From Alphaproteobacteria bacterium (GTDB taxonomy: Bacteria; Pseudomonadota; Alphaproteobacteria; MPNO01; UBA830), in contig OZ251539.1 of assembly GCA_965243135.1 (NCBI GenBank), positions 1,536,001-1,600,000 of the forward strand: a stretch of 64,000 nucleotides of DNA. The letters run 5' to 3'. Positions within the stretch are counted from its first letter, which is position 1. Each line of letters starts with the position of its first letter. Below, in pieces: positions 1 to 9,595 of the stretch. The notes below the pieces were generated by a model. The model saw nothing but the letters and a program-made list of their open reading frames with translations, was not told the origin of the DNA and did no database searches. The translations under genes and the position numbers were made by a program.

Positions 1-599
1 GGTGGGGCGGCACCGACATCACCGATCCGCTGTCCGTCATCGAAAAAATCGATCCGAAGACGGCGTGGCCCGGCCTTCGTCTGTTGATGGTGAGCACGAC
101 GGGCGAGGATCACGCCTATTTCGTCCTCGACGACGGCCTGCGGCCGACGCCTGCGGACATGCCGGAGGAGCTTCGCGTTTCCGTCGACCGCATAGGCGAG
201 AATTGCGAGCCGGCCTTGAGCTCGGTGATGTTCATGGCCGGCGCGGGCGGTTCCCTGCGCGCCGGAGTTACCGTCAACCCGGTGCGGCTGACCCGGTCCG
301 TTAGAGGGCAGAGGACCCGCGTCACTTGCGGCGGCGCGCCTGTCTACGTCTGGCCCGGCGGCGGCATCACCGTCCTGGTCGACGTCGTCAGAATGCCGGA
401 GAACTCCTTCGGATACGTTCCGACGCCGGCGCTGGTCGCGCCCATCGAGTTCACCATGCCGCGCGAGGAATACGTGGCGTTGGGGGGGTACGAGAACCGC
501 ATCCGCGCGCTGCAGGAGGCGCTGCGGCCGGGAGACCTGCACGGCGTGCGTTCGGTCGCCTGGACCGGCGACAACCCATGGCCGCTGGAGGAAGCGTAA
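1..599 (+). CDS. hnr: 6-hydroxynicotinate reductase-like protein, C-terminal part (truncated by window start)
   Basis: Frame open from base 3: [10 protein letters not shown]...MVSTTGE...[13 protein letters not shown]...VWPGGGIT...[16 protein letters not shown], recalled as Hnr-family motifs; enamidase-like gene nearby. Confidence 0.7.
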   Translation, partial: WGGTDITDPLSVIEKIDPKTAWPGLRLLMVSTTGEDHAYFVLDDGLRPTPADMPEELRVSVDRIGENCEPALSSVMFMAGAGGSLRAGVTVNPVRLTRSVRGQRTRVTCGGAPVYVWPGGGITVLVDVVRMPENSFGYVPTPALVAPIEFTMPREEYVALGGYENRIRALQEALRPGDLHGVRSVAWTGDNPWPLEEA

Positions 600-840
600 G
601 CTCTCGTCGCCGAGGTCGCTCGGCGTCCGGGCGGCGGCGGACCCGCGAAAATGTCGGCCCCGGAATGTCCGCGGGCTTTCGCGCTCGAAGCGAAGAAATT
701 CGCAGCTTCGAGATCCTTCGCGTTTCAGGACGCCAGGGACGGTGCAAGAGCGTTCGAATCTTGACGTCCTCTCGTTTCGGGTTTCCTTTTCGAACGCTCC
801 GCGGCGCGCTATAGTCACGGCGGAGCCGCTTGGAAAAACG

Positions 841-1851
841 ATGGAAGAACGAACCGTCGCGCAACCTCTCGTCGATCCGTACGACCGGCGCATCACCTAC
901 CTCCGGGTGTCGGTGACGGATCGCTGCGACTTTCGTTGCGCGTACTGCATGTCGGAGAACATGACGTTTCTGCCGAAGGCCGACGTGCTCAGCCTCGAGG
1001 AGCTCGACCGCCTGTGCGGCGCCTTCGTGGCGCGCGGCGTGCGCAAGCTCCGCCTGACCGGCGGCGAGCCGCTGGTGCGCCGCGACATCATGCGGCTGTT
1101 CCGGCGCCTGGGCCGCCATCTCGCCGACGGCTCTCTGGACGAACTGACGTTGACGACCAACGGCAGCCAGCTCGACCGCTACGCCGGGGAGTTGTTCGAC
1201 GCCGGCGTGCGCCGGGTCAACGTTTCGCTGGACACGCTGGACGCCGGCAAGTTCGCGCGCATCACGCGGTGGGGGAGGCTGGACCGCGTTCTCCGCGGGG
1301 TGGACGCGGCGGCGGCGGCGGGGCTTGGCGTCAAGATCAACGCGGTGGCGCTCAGGGGCGTCAACGACGACGAGGCGCACGATCTCGTCGCGTGGTGCGG
1401 CGAGCGGGGGTTCGACCTCACGTTCATCGAGGTGATGCCGCTCGGCGAGATCGGCGGCGAGGCGCGGCTCGACCAGTACTGGCCGGTCTCCATGGTGCGC
1501 GCCGAACTGAAGAAGCGGTGGACGCTGGAGGAAACAGGTTATTCGACCGGCGGTCCGGCGCGCTATTTCCGGGTTGCGGAAACCGGCGGCCGGGTCGGCT
1601 TCATCACGCCCCTCACCCATAACTTCTGCGAGGCGTGCAATCGCGTGCGGCTGACCTGCACCGGGACGCTGTACATGTGCCTCGGCCAGGAGGACGCCGC
1701 CGATCTGAGGACGGTTCTGCGGACCGGCGGCGACCTCGACAGGGCGATCGACGAAGCCGTCGGGCGCAAGCCGAAAGGGCACGACTTCGTGATCGACCGG
1801 CGCCGGACGTCTCCTTCGGTCTCCCGGCACATGAGCGTCACCGGAGGCTGA
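841..1851 (+). CDS. moaA: GTP 3',8-cyclase MoaA (radical SAM, Moco biosynthesis)
   Basis: [17 protein letters not shown] (CxxxCxxC), RLTGGEPL, C-terminal [11 protein letters not shown] and terminal MSVTGG. Confidence 0.95.
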   Translation: MEERTVAQPLVDPYDRRITYLRVSVTDRCDFRCAYCMSENMTFLPKADVLSLEELDRLCGAFVARGVRKLRLTGGEPLVRRDIMRLFRRLGRHLADGSLDELTLTTNGSQLDRYAGELFDAGVRRVNVSLDTLDAGKFARITRWGRLDRVLRGVDAAAAAGLGVKINAVALRGVNDDEAHDLVAWCGERGFDLTFIEVMPLGEIGGEARLDQYWPVSMVRAELKKRWTLEETGYSTGGPARYFRVAETGGRVGFITPLTHNFCEACNRVRLTCTGTLYMCLGQEDAADLRTVLRTGGDLDRAIDEAVGRKPKGHDFVIDRRRTSPSVSRHMSVTGG

Positions 1852-2089
1852 ACCGGGCGGCCGAGCCGCGCAGCGAACCGCGGAAATTTCTTTCCGTCGA
1901 CTCGACTTCGAGGCTGTCGAACGCTTGGAAGTTGACACGGGAGGCCAAATCGATGATTCCCGCATTGAAGCGCTGCGGCGTGAACTTGGCCAAGCCCTGA
2001 AAATCAGCCGCTTTCAGACTTCCCGGCAATGTCGGGTTTGCGCCGGTGCCGGGTATCCGGGCGGAAACGCGGTCGCGACGGAGGAAAAG

Positions 2090-2713
2090 ATGGACGATGC
2101 GGGAACGGCGCGGCAGCCGCACGGGGATTTCGGCGAACTCGTCAAGGTTCGCAAGTTCGTCACGTATGTCGAAGAGGTGCTGCACGAGTTCGGACCGCCG
2201 CCGGAGACTCCGCAGCTCAAGGGCTATGTCGCCGCCGTGACCCGCAACCCCTACGCCGGACGCTATGTCGAAGACATACTTCCTCTCATGGATCAACTCA
2301 GGCCGATGGGCACCGAGATGGCGCGGAGGCTGATGGCGGCGCTCGGCGGCGCGGACCGGATCGCGGCCTACGGCAAGGCGGCCATCGTCGGGGAGAACGG
2401 CGAGCTCGAACATGCGGCCCTGTGGCACGATCCCGGTGGATACGGCATGCGCCAGCTGATGGAGAAATCCGCTGCGATCGTGCCGTCGACGAAAAAAGTG
2501 GGCGGTCCCGGCTGCGGGATCGACGTGCCCATCGCCCATGCCAACGCAGCTTATGTCCGCTCGCATTTCGATACGGTCGTGTGCAGCGTCAACGATGCGC
2601 CGCGCGCGGACGAGATCGTCTGGATTCAGTCGATGGCGACCGGGCCCCGCGTCCATGCGCGCGCCGGCGGGCTGCGGCACGAAGAGGCGGTCGGCAAGGA
2701 CGGATTGCGGTAG
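2090..2713 (+). CDS. Amino acid synthesis family protein (DUF1185-like)
   Basis: NPYAGRY, YGKAAIVGENGELEHAA, IDVPI.H..A.YVRSHFD, DAPRADE, GKDGLR; GAGGA before ATG 2090; paralog of 5585..6169. Confidence 0.85.
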   Translation: MDDAGTARQPHGDFGELVKVRKFVTYVEEVLHEFGPPPETPQLKGYVAAVTRNPYAGRYVEDILPLMDQLRPMGTEMARRLMAALGGADRIAAYGKAAIVGENGELEHAALWHDPGGYGMRQLMEKSAAIVPSTKKVGGPGCGIDVPIAHANAAYVRSHFDTVVCSVNDAPRADEIVWIQSMATGPRVHARAGGLRHEEAVGKDGLR

Positions 2714-2738
2714 CGCGCGGCGGGGAAGGGGGCTCCCG

Positions 2739-5060
2739 TCAGCATCCGACGCGCAGCGCCTGCCAGATCCGGTGGGGCGTCGCCGGAATCCCGAGTTCGC
2801 GACCGCCGTTCCCGTCGAGCGCGTCCATAACGGCGTTGTAGACGGCGGGCAAGGATCCGCCGTTTCCCGCTTCGCCGCACCCCTTCACGCCGAGCGGATT
2901 CGTTCTGCACGGGATCGGCCGCGTCGAGAAGTCGATGTGCGAGACTTCGTCGGCGCGCGGCATGGCGTAGTCCATGTACGTGCCGGTCAGCAGCTGTCCT
3001 TCTTCGTCGTAAACCGTGTCTTCGCCGATGACCTGACCGACGCCTTGCATGATTCCTCCATGCACCTGGCCTTCGACGATCGGCGGATTGATCATGACGC
3101 CGAAATCGTCGACCACGGTGTAGCGATCGATGCGGGCCCAGCCCGTGTCGGGGTCGATTTCGACCTCGGCGACATGGCATCCGTTGGGAAAGCTCGACGG
3201 GTGGGTGTCGTGACGCACCTTCGCCGAAAGCGACGAGGGCAGGCTTTCCGGGAGATCGGCGGCGCGCGCGCGGGCCGCAAGCGCCATGACGTCGATGCGC
3301 CGGTCGGTCCCCGCGACGGAGAACGCGCCGTCCGCGAACTCGATGTCCTCGACGGCCGCCTCCAGGACGTGGCCCGCGAGCTTCTTTCCGTTGTCGATGA
3401 TGGCGTCGCTGCATTCGACGATGGCGCCTCCGGTCGCGATGATGGAGCGCGACCCGCCCGACCCGCCGGCCCCGGCGCTCATTTGGTCCGAGTCGTGCTG
3501 AACGATTCGGATGCGTTCGAAGGGCACGCCGAGGCGCGACGCGATCACCTGAGCGAACGGCGTCGCGTGGCCCATCCCGAAATCCTTCGTTCCGGTCACC
3601 AGAGTCACCGTCCCGTCGTCCTCGAAACGGATGTCGGCGAGTTCGGTGCCCGGCGGCGCGGTGTTTTCGAGATAGGGAACGATGCCGATTCCCCGCAGCA
3701 TGCCCGCGTCCGCGGAGGCCCGCTTGCGCGCCTCGTATCCGGCGTAATCCGCGCGTTCGAGGGCTTCGTCCATCAGCGCCTCGAATTCCCCCGAATCGTA
3801 GGTCAGGCCGACCGGAGTTTCATGCGGCATCATGTCGGGAGCGATCATGTTGCGGCGGCGCAGCTCGATCCGGTCGCGGCCCGTTTCCGCGGCGGCCTTG
3901 TCGATCAGCCGTTCAAGGAAAAACTTGCTTTCCGGCCGCCCCGCGCCGCGATAGGGCCCCGTCGGCACGGTATTGGTGAACACGCATCGCACGTTGTAGG
4001 AGATCGCCGGGGTCTTGTAGACGCTGATGATGTTGCGGCTGGTGACGGTGGTGGCCGGCAGCGCGCCCATGGCGGTCACGTAGGCGCCGAGGTCGCCTAC
4101 GCCGTCGACGCGCAGCGCAAGAAAGTTGCCGTCGGCGTCGAGACCGAGCTCCAGTTCCAACGCGCTTGCGCGACCTGGATGATCGGACAGGAAGCTTTCC
4201 GATCGGTCGGCGGTCCATTTGACCGGGCGGCCCAGGCGGCGGGCGGCGTAGAGCAGGGCGACGGACTCGTTGTAAGTGGCTCCCTTCATGCCGAAGGAGC
4301 CGCCGACCTCGCGGGAAACGACGCGCATCCTGTCGCCGCCCACGCCGAAAATGTTGGCCATGGCGTTCCGGTATCCGGTGACGCCTTGCGTGCCGACCGT
4401 AAGCGTGAACCCGTCGTCGCGGTATTCGGCGACAGCGGCGCGAGGTTCCATGGCGTTGACGGAGATCTTGGTATTGGTGAGAGCGAGGCGGGTGACGTGG
4501 TCCGCCTCCGCGAACGCCTTTCGGACGGCCTCCTCGTCGCCCAGGTGGAAGTCAAGGCAGACATTGTCAGGCGCATCGCGCCAGACCGGCGATGCGCCGT
4601 CCTGCGCCGCGGCCACCGCGTCGCTCACGGCCGGCCGGGCTTCGATCTCGAGAACGACGCGCTCCGCCGCATTCCGCGCCTGCTCGAACGTTTCGGCGAC
4701 GACCATCGCGACCGGATCTCCCGCATATTTGACCTGATCGACCGCAAGCGCCGGGCGGGACGGCACGATCGCATCCGATCCGTCCCGGTTCTTGATCGCG
4801 ACAGCGCAAGGGATGTCCCGGATTCCGTCCCGCCGCAGATCTTCGCCGGTGCAAACGGCGAGGACGCCCGGCGCGGCGACAGCCTCGGCGGCATCCAGAG
4901 CGGCGATGCGACCGTGCGCAACTTGCGATCGCAGGAAGAAGGCATGGCATTGTCCATGGGCGCTGTAGTCGTCGGCATATCTGCCGCGTCCGGTGAGAAG
5001 CTTGGGATCATCGGTGCGGGGCACGGGCTGGCCGATGCCGAATTTGACGGGCGCGGGCAT
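2739..5060 (-). CDS. Xanthine dehydrogenase-family molybdopterin-binding large subunit (CoxL form II-like)
   Basis: FGIGQPVPRTDDPKLLTGRGRY, VGGSFGMK, active-site loop PYRGAGR, GMGH.T, GQVHGG..QG, GVKGCGE. Confidence 0.9.
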   Translation of the reverse strand: MPAPVKFGIGQPVPRTDDPKLLTGRGRYADDYSAHGQCHAFFLRSQVAHGRIAALDAAEAVAAPGVLAVCTGEDLRRDGIRDIPCAVAIKNRDGSDAIVPSRPALAVDQVKYAGDPVAMVVAETFEQARNAAERVVLEIEARPAVSDAVAAAQDGASPVWRDAPDNVCLDFHLGDEEAVRKAFAEADHVTRLALTNTKISVNAMEPRAAVAEYRDDGFTLTVGTQGVTGYRNAMANIFGVGGDRMRVVSREVGGSFGMKGATYNESVALLYAARRLGRPVKWTADRSESFLSDHPGRASALELELGLDADGNFLALRVDGVGDLGAYVTAMGALPATTVTSRNIISVYKTPAISYNVRCVFTNTVPTGPYRGAGRPESKFFLERLIDKAAAETGRDRIELRRRNMIAPDMMPHETPVGLTYDSGEFEALMDEALERADYAGYEARKRASADAGMLRGIGIVPYLENTAPPGTELADIRFEDDGTVTLVTGTKDFGMGHATPFAQVIASRLGVPFERIRIVQHDSDQMSAGAGGSGGSRSIIATGGAIVECSDAIIDNGKKLAGHVLEAAVEDIEFADGAFSVAGTDRRIDVMALAARARAADLPESLPSSLSAKVRHDTHPSSFPNGCHVAEVEIDPDTGWARIDRYTVVDDFGVMINPPIVEGQVHGGIMQGVGQVIGEDTVYDEEGQLLTGTYMDYAMPRADEVSHIDFSTRPIPCRTNPLGVKGCGEAGNGGSLPAVYNAVMDALDGNGGRELGIPATPHRIWQALRVGC

Positions 5061-5510
5061 TGGGCGTTCGCTTTCAGGATTGTGGCGTAGGGAATTCGCA
5101 AATCTAAGGCGTTTTGCCTTGCCGCGAAACCGGGCCCGGAAGGCGAGGCGTTTGCGCGCCGTCGCGGCAATACCGGCCGAGGCGGCGGATTCCGGCGGAA
5201 GGCATGGCGCGCCGCCGCCGGCGGACGAGCGATGCGCGTCGGCCTCCCGGTCCGGCACCGCCGTCCTTTCGACTGCCCACGGTGCTTCCCTTTCCAGGTT
5301 TTTGCCCGGCGCGGCCGTTTCCCGCGAGGGCGGAGTGCGGCGCAGCTTGGGGCGGCATCTGCGGAAACGCGAGGCGCCCCGCAGTCTTCCGCGTCCGTCG
5401 CAAGTTCGGCGGCAGCGTTCCGTTCTGCAAAAGCGTCGTTGACGAGGCTGGCCGAAAGCGGCGGTTTGCCGCCGCCGAAACGGGTCGCCGCCGCGAGTTT
5501 TGCGCCGAAC

Positions 5511-5539
5511 TTGACAACGCGGCACGGCGAAACGACGAT
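5511..5539 (+). promoter_or_regulatory. Putative sigma70 promoter of 5585..6169
   Basis: TTGACA-17 bp-GACGAT, 45 bp upstream of the start codon. Confidence 0.5.
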
Positions 5540-5584
5540 TCCGGCAGGTTGCGGTCGGCGCATGGAGCAAGGCGGAGGCGACAG

Positions 5585-6169
5585 ATGAACGCGAAAATCC
5601 GGAAGACTTCGATCATCGTCGAGGAGACGAGAAAGGATCTTGGAAGAGCGGTCGATCCTCCGACGCGAAAGGCCGCCGCGGTCGCGGTGATCGAGAATCC
5701 GTGCGCGGGCCGATACGAGGAGGATCTAAGCGAATTGATGGATATCGGCGCCGAGTTGGGCGCGTTGCTCGGCGAGATGTGCATCGACGCGCTCGGAATT
5801 CGCCCTGCGGACGCGCACAGTTACGGCAAGGCCGCGATCGTGGGCGAGAACGGCGAATGGGAGCATGCGGCCGCGGTTCTTCATCCCAAGCTCGGCGCGC
5901 CCCTTCGAAAAGCGGTCGAGAAGGGGGCGGCGCTGGTGCCTTCGGCCAAAAAGCTCGGCGGTCCCGGCACCTCGATAGACGTTCCGCTCGGCCACAAGGA
6001 CGCCGCTTATGTCCGCAGCCATTTCGATGGAATGGAGGTGCGCATGGCTGATGCGCCGCGAGCCGACGAAATGCTGGTCGCAATTTGCGTGACGGATTCG
6101 GGGCGGCCGTTCGCGCGGGTGGGCGGCCTTTCCGTCGCCGAAATCAAGGGCGAGGACGGATTGAGATAG
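5585..6169 (+). CDS. Amino acid synthesis family protein (DUF1185-like)
   Basis: AAAVAVIENPCAGRY, SYGKAAIVGENGEWEHAAA, DVPLGHKDAAYVRSHFD, GEDGLR; GGAGG RBS. Confidence 0.88.
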   Translation: MNAKIRKTSIIVEETRKDLGRAVDPPTRKAAAVAVIENPCAGRYEEDLSELMDIGAELGALLGEMCIDALGIRPADAHSYGKAAIVGENGEWEHAAAVLHPKLGAPLRKAVEKGAALVPSAKKLGGPGTSIDVPLGHKDAAYVRSHFDGMEVRMADAPRADEMLVAICVTDSGRPFARVGGLSVAEIKGEDGLR

Positions 6170-6555
6170 CGCGCGCCTCGCCGATGCTGGGCGACGGACG
6201 CCGACTTGGGCGTCCGGAGATAATTTAAGGTTCGCCTTTCCGTCCGCGCGCTGCGTTCCGGGCATGGGTTGAAACAGCGGGCGGAGAGTTTCCCCGCCTC
6301 CGGCGCGGAAAACCGCGGGGGACCGCAGATTCCGCCCCGGGATCGTCCGTCCGGACGCCGCCCCTTCGGCATACGGCCGCGCCGGGCCAAACCCGACGAG
6401 AAATACGCGCCGTAGAAGATTGAGTAAACATCGATGCCGGGGAGGGCATGCATGTCGCTCGTTCGCCGCAACGATGCGTCGAGCCTTCCGGGAAGATCCG
6501 TTGCTCTGGCGGGAATTGCCGAGGCGCAGCGCGAACGTCGCGCGTTCACCGCTCC

Positions 6556-6584
6556 TTGACCGCTCCGGTACGGCGGCTTACCCT
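6556..6584 (+). promoter_or_regulatory. Putative sigma70 promoter, leaderless geometry, AAA-nuclease copy 1
   Basis: TTGACC-17 bp-TACCCT-6 bp-ATG; no SD; same layout at 37560..37588. Confidence 0.65.
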
Positions 6585-6590
6585 CTTCAG

Positions 6591-8141
6591 ATGACGAGAC
6601 GCATGCTTCCGACCGGCATGACCTCCCTCCGGGAGATCCGGGGGATGGAGTGCTACTACGTCGACAAGACGGAGCATGTGCGCCGCCTCGTCGAGAGGGG
6701 CAAGTACAATTTCCTGTCGCGTCCGCGCCGGTTCGGCAAGAGCCTGCTGGTGGACACGCTGCAGGAGCTGTTCGAGGGAAGCGAGGATCTGTTCCGGGGC
6801 CTCGCCATACACGACGGGTGGGACTGGTCGGCGCGCCATCCGGTCGTGCGGCTGGATTTCAGCGGCGTGGGCCGTTTCGACGGCCCGGACGGGGTTCGGG
6901 GAACCGTGGAAGCGCAGCTGGAAGAGACGGAGATGCAGGCCGGTCTCGAACCGGGCCCCGCCGGGGCGGCGGTCCGTTTCCGGCGCCTGATAAGGACGCT
7001 GCACGAGCGCACCGGACAGCGGGCGGTCGTTCTGGTGGACGAATACGACAAACCGATTCTCGATGCGCTCGGCGACCGGGAACTGGCGCGGGCCAACCGC
7101 GACTTCCTGCGCAGCTTGTACGGGACGATCAAGGCTTGCGACAGGCATCTGCGTTTCGTTTTCCTGACGGGGGTGAGCAAGTTCTCGCAAGCAGGCGTGT
7201 TCTCGGGCCTGAACAACCTGCGCGACATCACCCTCGATCCGCGTTTCGGCGCCCTTTGCGGTTACACGGACGAAGAACTGGACGCGGTCTTCGCCCCGGA
7301 GATCGAGGGCCTGGACCGGGAAGAAGTTCGGCGCTGGTACAACGGGTACAACTGGCGCGGCGCGGAAAAGGTCTACAACCCGTTCGACATCCTCCTTCTC
7401 TTCGAAACGCGCAAGTTCGAGGCGCACTGGTTCCGGAGCGGCACGCCGACCTTCCTCGTCGACCTTCTGTCGCGGCGCCGGGTCGCGGCGCCGGCCCTTG
7501 AGGGGCTTGTCGCGGACGACGAGTTGCTGTCGGCCTTCGACGTCGACGACATCTCGACCGAAGCGCTTTTGTTCCAGACCGGCTACCTGACCATCGTCGG
7601 CGAGGAGGCCGCCGACGGCGGCAGCCTCTATCGGCTGGACTACCCGAACTACGAGGTGAAGTTCAGCCTGAACAAGAGGCTGTTGCGCGCCATGGCGCCG
7701 ACGACGGGGCAGGAGGCGACGCGGCAGGCGGAACTGGCCAGGCTGACGGCGGAGGACGATCCGGAGAAGGTGAGGGCTCTGTTCGAGGCGTTCTTCGCGA
7801 GCGTTCCTCACGACTGGCACCGGAAGAACGACCTCGCGAATTACGAGGGCTATTGGGCGGCTCTCGTCTACTCGCACTTCGCGGCGGCGGGTCTGGACGT
7901 TCGGGTCGAGGAAGCGACCGCCCGCGGACGCCTGGACATGGCTGTGCTCAGCCCGGCGTGCGTGCATCTGTACGAGTTCAAGGTCGTGGACGGGGGGCCG
8001 GAAGGCCGGGCGTTGGCGCAAATTCGGGAGCGCGGCTACGCGGACAAGTACCGGCATCTCGGGGTGCCGATCCGGTTGATCGGCATGGAGTTCGGCCGGA
8101 AAGAGCGCAACATCGTCGGGTTCGAGTTCGAGACCGCCTGA
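6591..8141 (+). CDS. AAA-ATPase-like + PD-(D/E)XK nuclease protein (PF09820/PF08011-type), intact copy 1
   Basis: LPTG..SLREIR, YYVDKT, FLSRPRRFGKS (Walker A), VLVDEYDKP (Walker B), WYNGYNW, VYNPF, GRLDM...YEFK...ALAQIRERGYADKY. Confidence 0.9.
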   Translation: MTRRMLPTGMTSLREIRGMECYYVDKTEHVRRLVERGKYNFLSRPRRFGKSLLVDTLQELFEGSEDLFRGLAIHDGWDWSARHPVVRLDFSGVGRFDGPDGVRGTVEAQLEETEMQAGLEPGPAGAAVRFRRLIRTLHERTGQRAVVLVDEYDKPILDALGDRELARANRDFLRSLYGTIKACDRHLRFVFLTGVSKFSQAGVFSGLNNLRDITLDPRFGALCGYTDEELDAVFAPEIEGLDREEVRRWYNGYNWRGAEKVYNPFDILLLFETRKFEAHWFRSGTPTFLVDLLSRRRVAAPALEGLVADDELLSAFDVDDISTEALLFQTGYLTIVGEEAADGGSLYRLDYPNYEVKFSLNKRLLRAMAPTTGQEATRQAELARLTAEDDPEKVRALFEAFFASVPHDWHRKNDLANYEGYWAALVYSHFAAAGLDVRVEEATARGRLDMAVLSPACVHLYEFKVVDGGPEGRALAQIRERGYADKYRHLGVPIRLIGMEFGRKERNIVGFEFETA

Positions 8142-8379
8142 AGCCGGACGGGCTTGACGTCCTGTCCTGACATTTCGGCAAGCGGGCAACTCCTGCGACA
8201 GGCCAACGTCAGTTCGCGGGTTCGGCCGCGCCTCGTCGAAGGGTTGGTCGCGGCCCTGCGCGCCAAGAGGAGAGGAACGGGCGGCGCGGCGCTTTCCCGC
8301 ACCTGCGGAAAGCGCCGCTGCGGAGGCGCTGCGTTCCGGAGGCGCGGCAGAACTTGCTGGACGGCTCCGCGGCGCCCGT

Positions 8380-9572
8380 TTACGCCACTAACTCAGGGAC
8401 TCGTTCCGCCGGCGGCGTATTCCGGCTGCGGCCGCAGGCAACGCTGCCGTCGATGACGACCATCCCGATCCCCGGCATGTCTCCCAGCCGGACCGCTTCG
8501 AGAACGTCCTTCCCGGCGCTGTGTTGCGGCCGGTCGAGAAACACGAAGTCCGCAGCGCGTCCTTCTTCGATGAGGCCGCAATCGAGTTCGCGAACCCGCG
8601 CGGTGTTGCCGGTCGCGAAGCAAAACGCGATTTCGGCCGCCACGTCTCCCAAGGACGACAGCATCGCAATCATGCGGAGGATTCCGAGCGGCTGCACGCC
8701 GGATCCCGCCGGTCCGTCGGTGCCGAGAATCACCCGTTCCGTCTGGCCGAGTTCGGCGGCGGTCCGAAGAGCGAACAGCGCCGCCTTTTCGTTTCCGTTG
8801 TGAACGATTTCGATTCCCGCCCGGCACTCCTCGCACAGGCAGCGGATCTGGTCGAGGGGAAGGGCGGTATGGCCGCCGTTGATATGACCGATGATGTCGG
8901 CGCCGGCTTCCAGAACGATGTCCTTGTCGATCAGACCGGACCCGGGAATCGACGGCCCGCCGGTGTGGATCGTCGACTGGAGGCCGTATTTGCGGGCCCA
9001 ATCCACCATCTGCCGCGCCTCGTCGCCCGCCTTGACGCTGCCGAGGCCGATCTCGCCGAGCAGTTTCACGCCGGCTTCGGCGAGTTCCTTGAAGTCCCGC
9101 TCCTCCATGCCCTTCTCGAGGATCGGAGCGCCCGCGTGCACCTTGACCCCCCCCGGCGGAAAGGCGGAGAAGGCGCGCTGCGCCGTGATGCCGAGCGCAA
9201 CGACGCCCTTGGGATCCTTCGGCCGTCCCGGGAGGTGGACTTCGCCGGCCGAGATCATGGTCGTGACGCCGCCGTTCATCGAGGAATCGATCCAGTTCAC
9301 TGGTTCTGCCGCGGCGTCCAGTCTCCGAAGACCGGATGGACGTGGCTGTCGACAAGACCGGGACAGAGGGCCGCGCCGTTGGCGTCGATCACGAGGTCGG
9401 CACCGTCCGCATCGATGTCCTTTTCCTTGCCGAAAGCGGAAATCCGGCCGTCGATCGCAATCAGCGCGTCGGCGTCGAGCACCGGATTTTCGAGGGCTCC
9501 GGACAGCATCAGACCGACGTTTCGAATGACGGTCTTTCCCTTGGGCGCCGTTCTTCCGGCGGGTGCGGCCAT
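8380..9572 (-). pseudogene. ena: Enamidase-like amidohydrolase split by a 1-nt frameshift at about 9300 (pseudogene or sequence error)
   Basis: N-half ends PGLVDSHVHPVFGDWTPRQNQ*; C-half NWIDSSMNGGVTTMISAGEVH...HTGG...HINGG...GTD. One added base in CAG^TGAAC joins them. Confidence 0.8.
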
Positions 9573-9595
9573 CTGCTTCCTCCCTGCGCGGCGCG

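Noticed and set aside
2739-5060. True aerobic CO dehydrogenase (form I CoxL)
   Set aside because: Active-site loop is PYRGAGR, not AYxCSFR, and no coxM/coxS is adjacent.
2538-5090. Long antisense or alternate-frame ORFs (this one, 28942..30588+, 43087..47121-, 54008..55564- and many others)
   Set aside because: They shadow motif-bearing genes and are expected from high-GC codon bias; no family motifs.
6315-6328. GCGGGGGACCGCAG resembling 31097..31111 near another AAA copy
   Set aside because: Short, GC-rich, and in different position and orientation relative to the genes; chance cannot be excluded.
9147-9154. C8 tract in the enamidase gene (and T8 at 19881..19888) as phase-variation sites
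   Set aside because: Both are in frame and short; the enamidase frameshift lies elsewhere, at about 9300.
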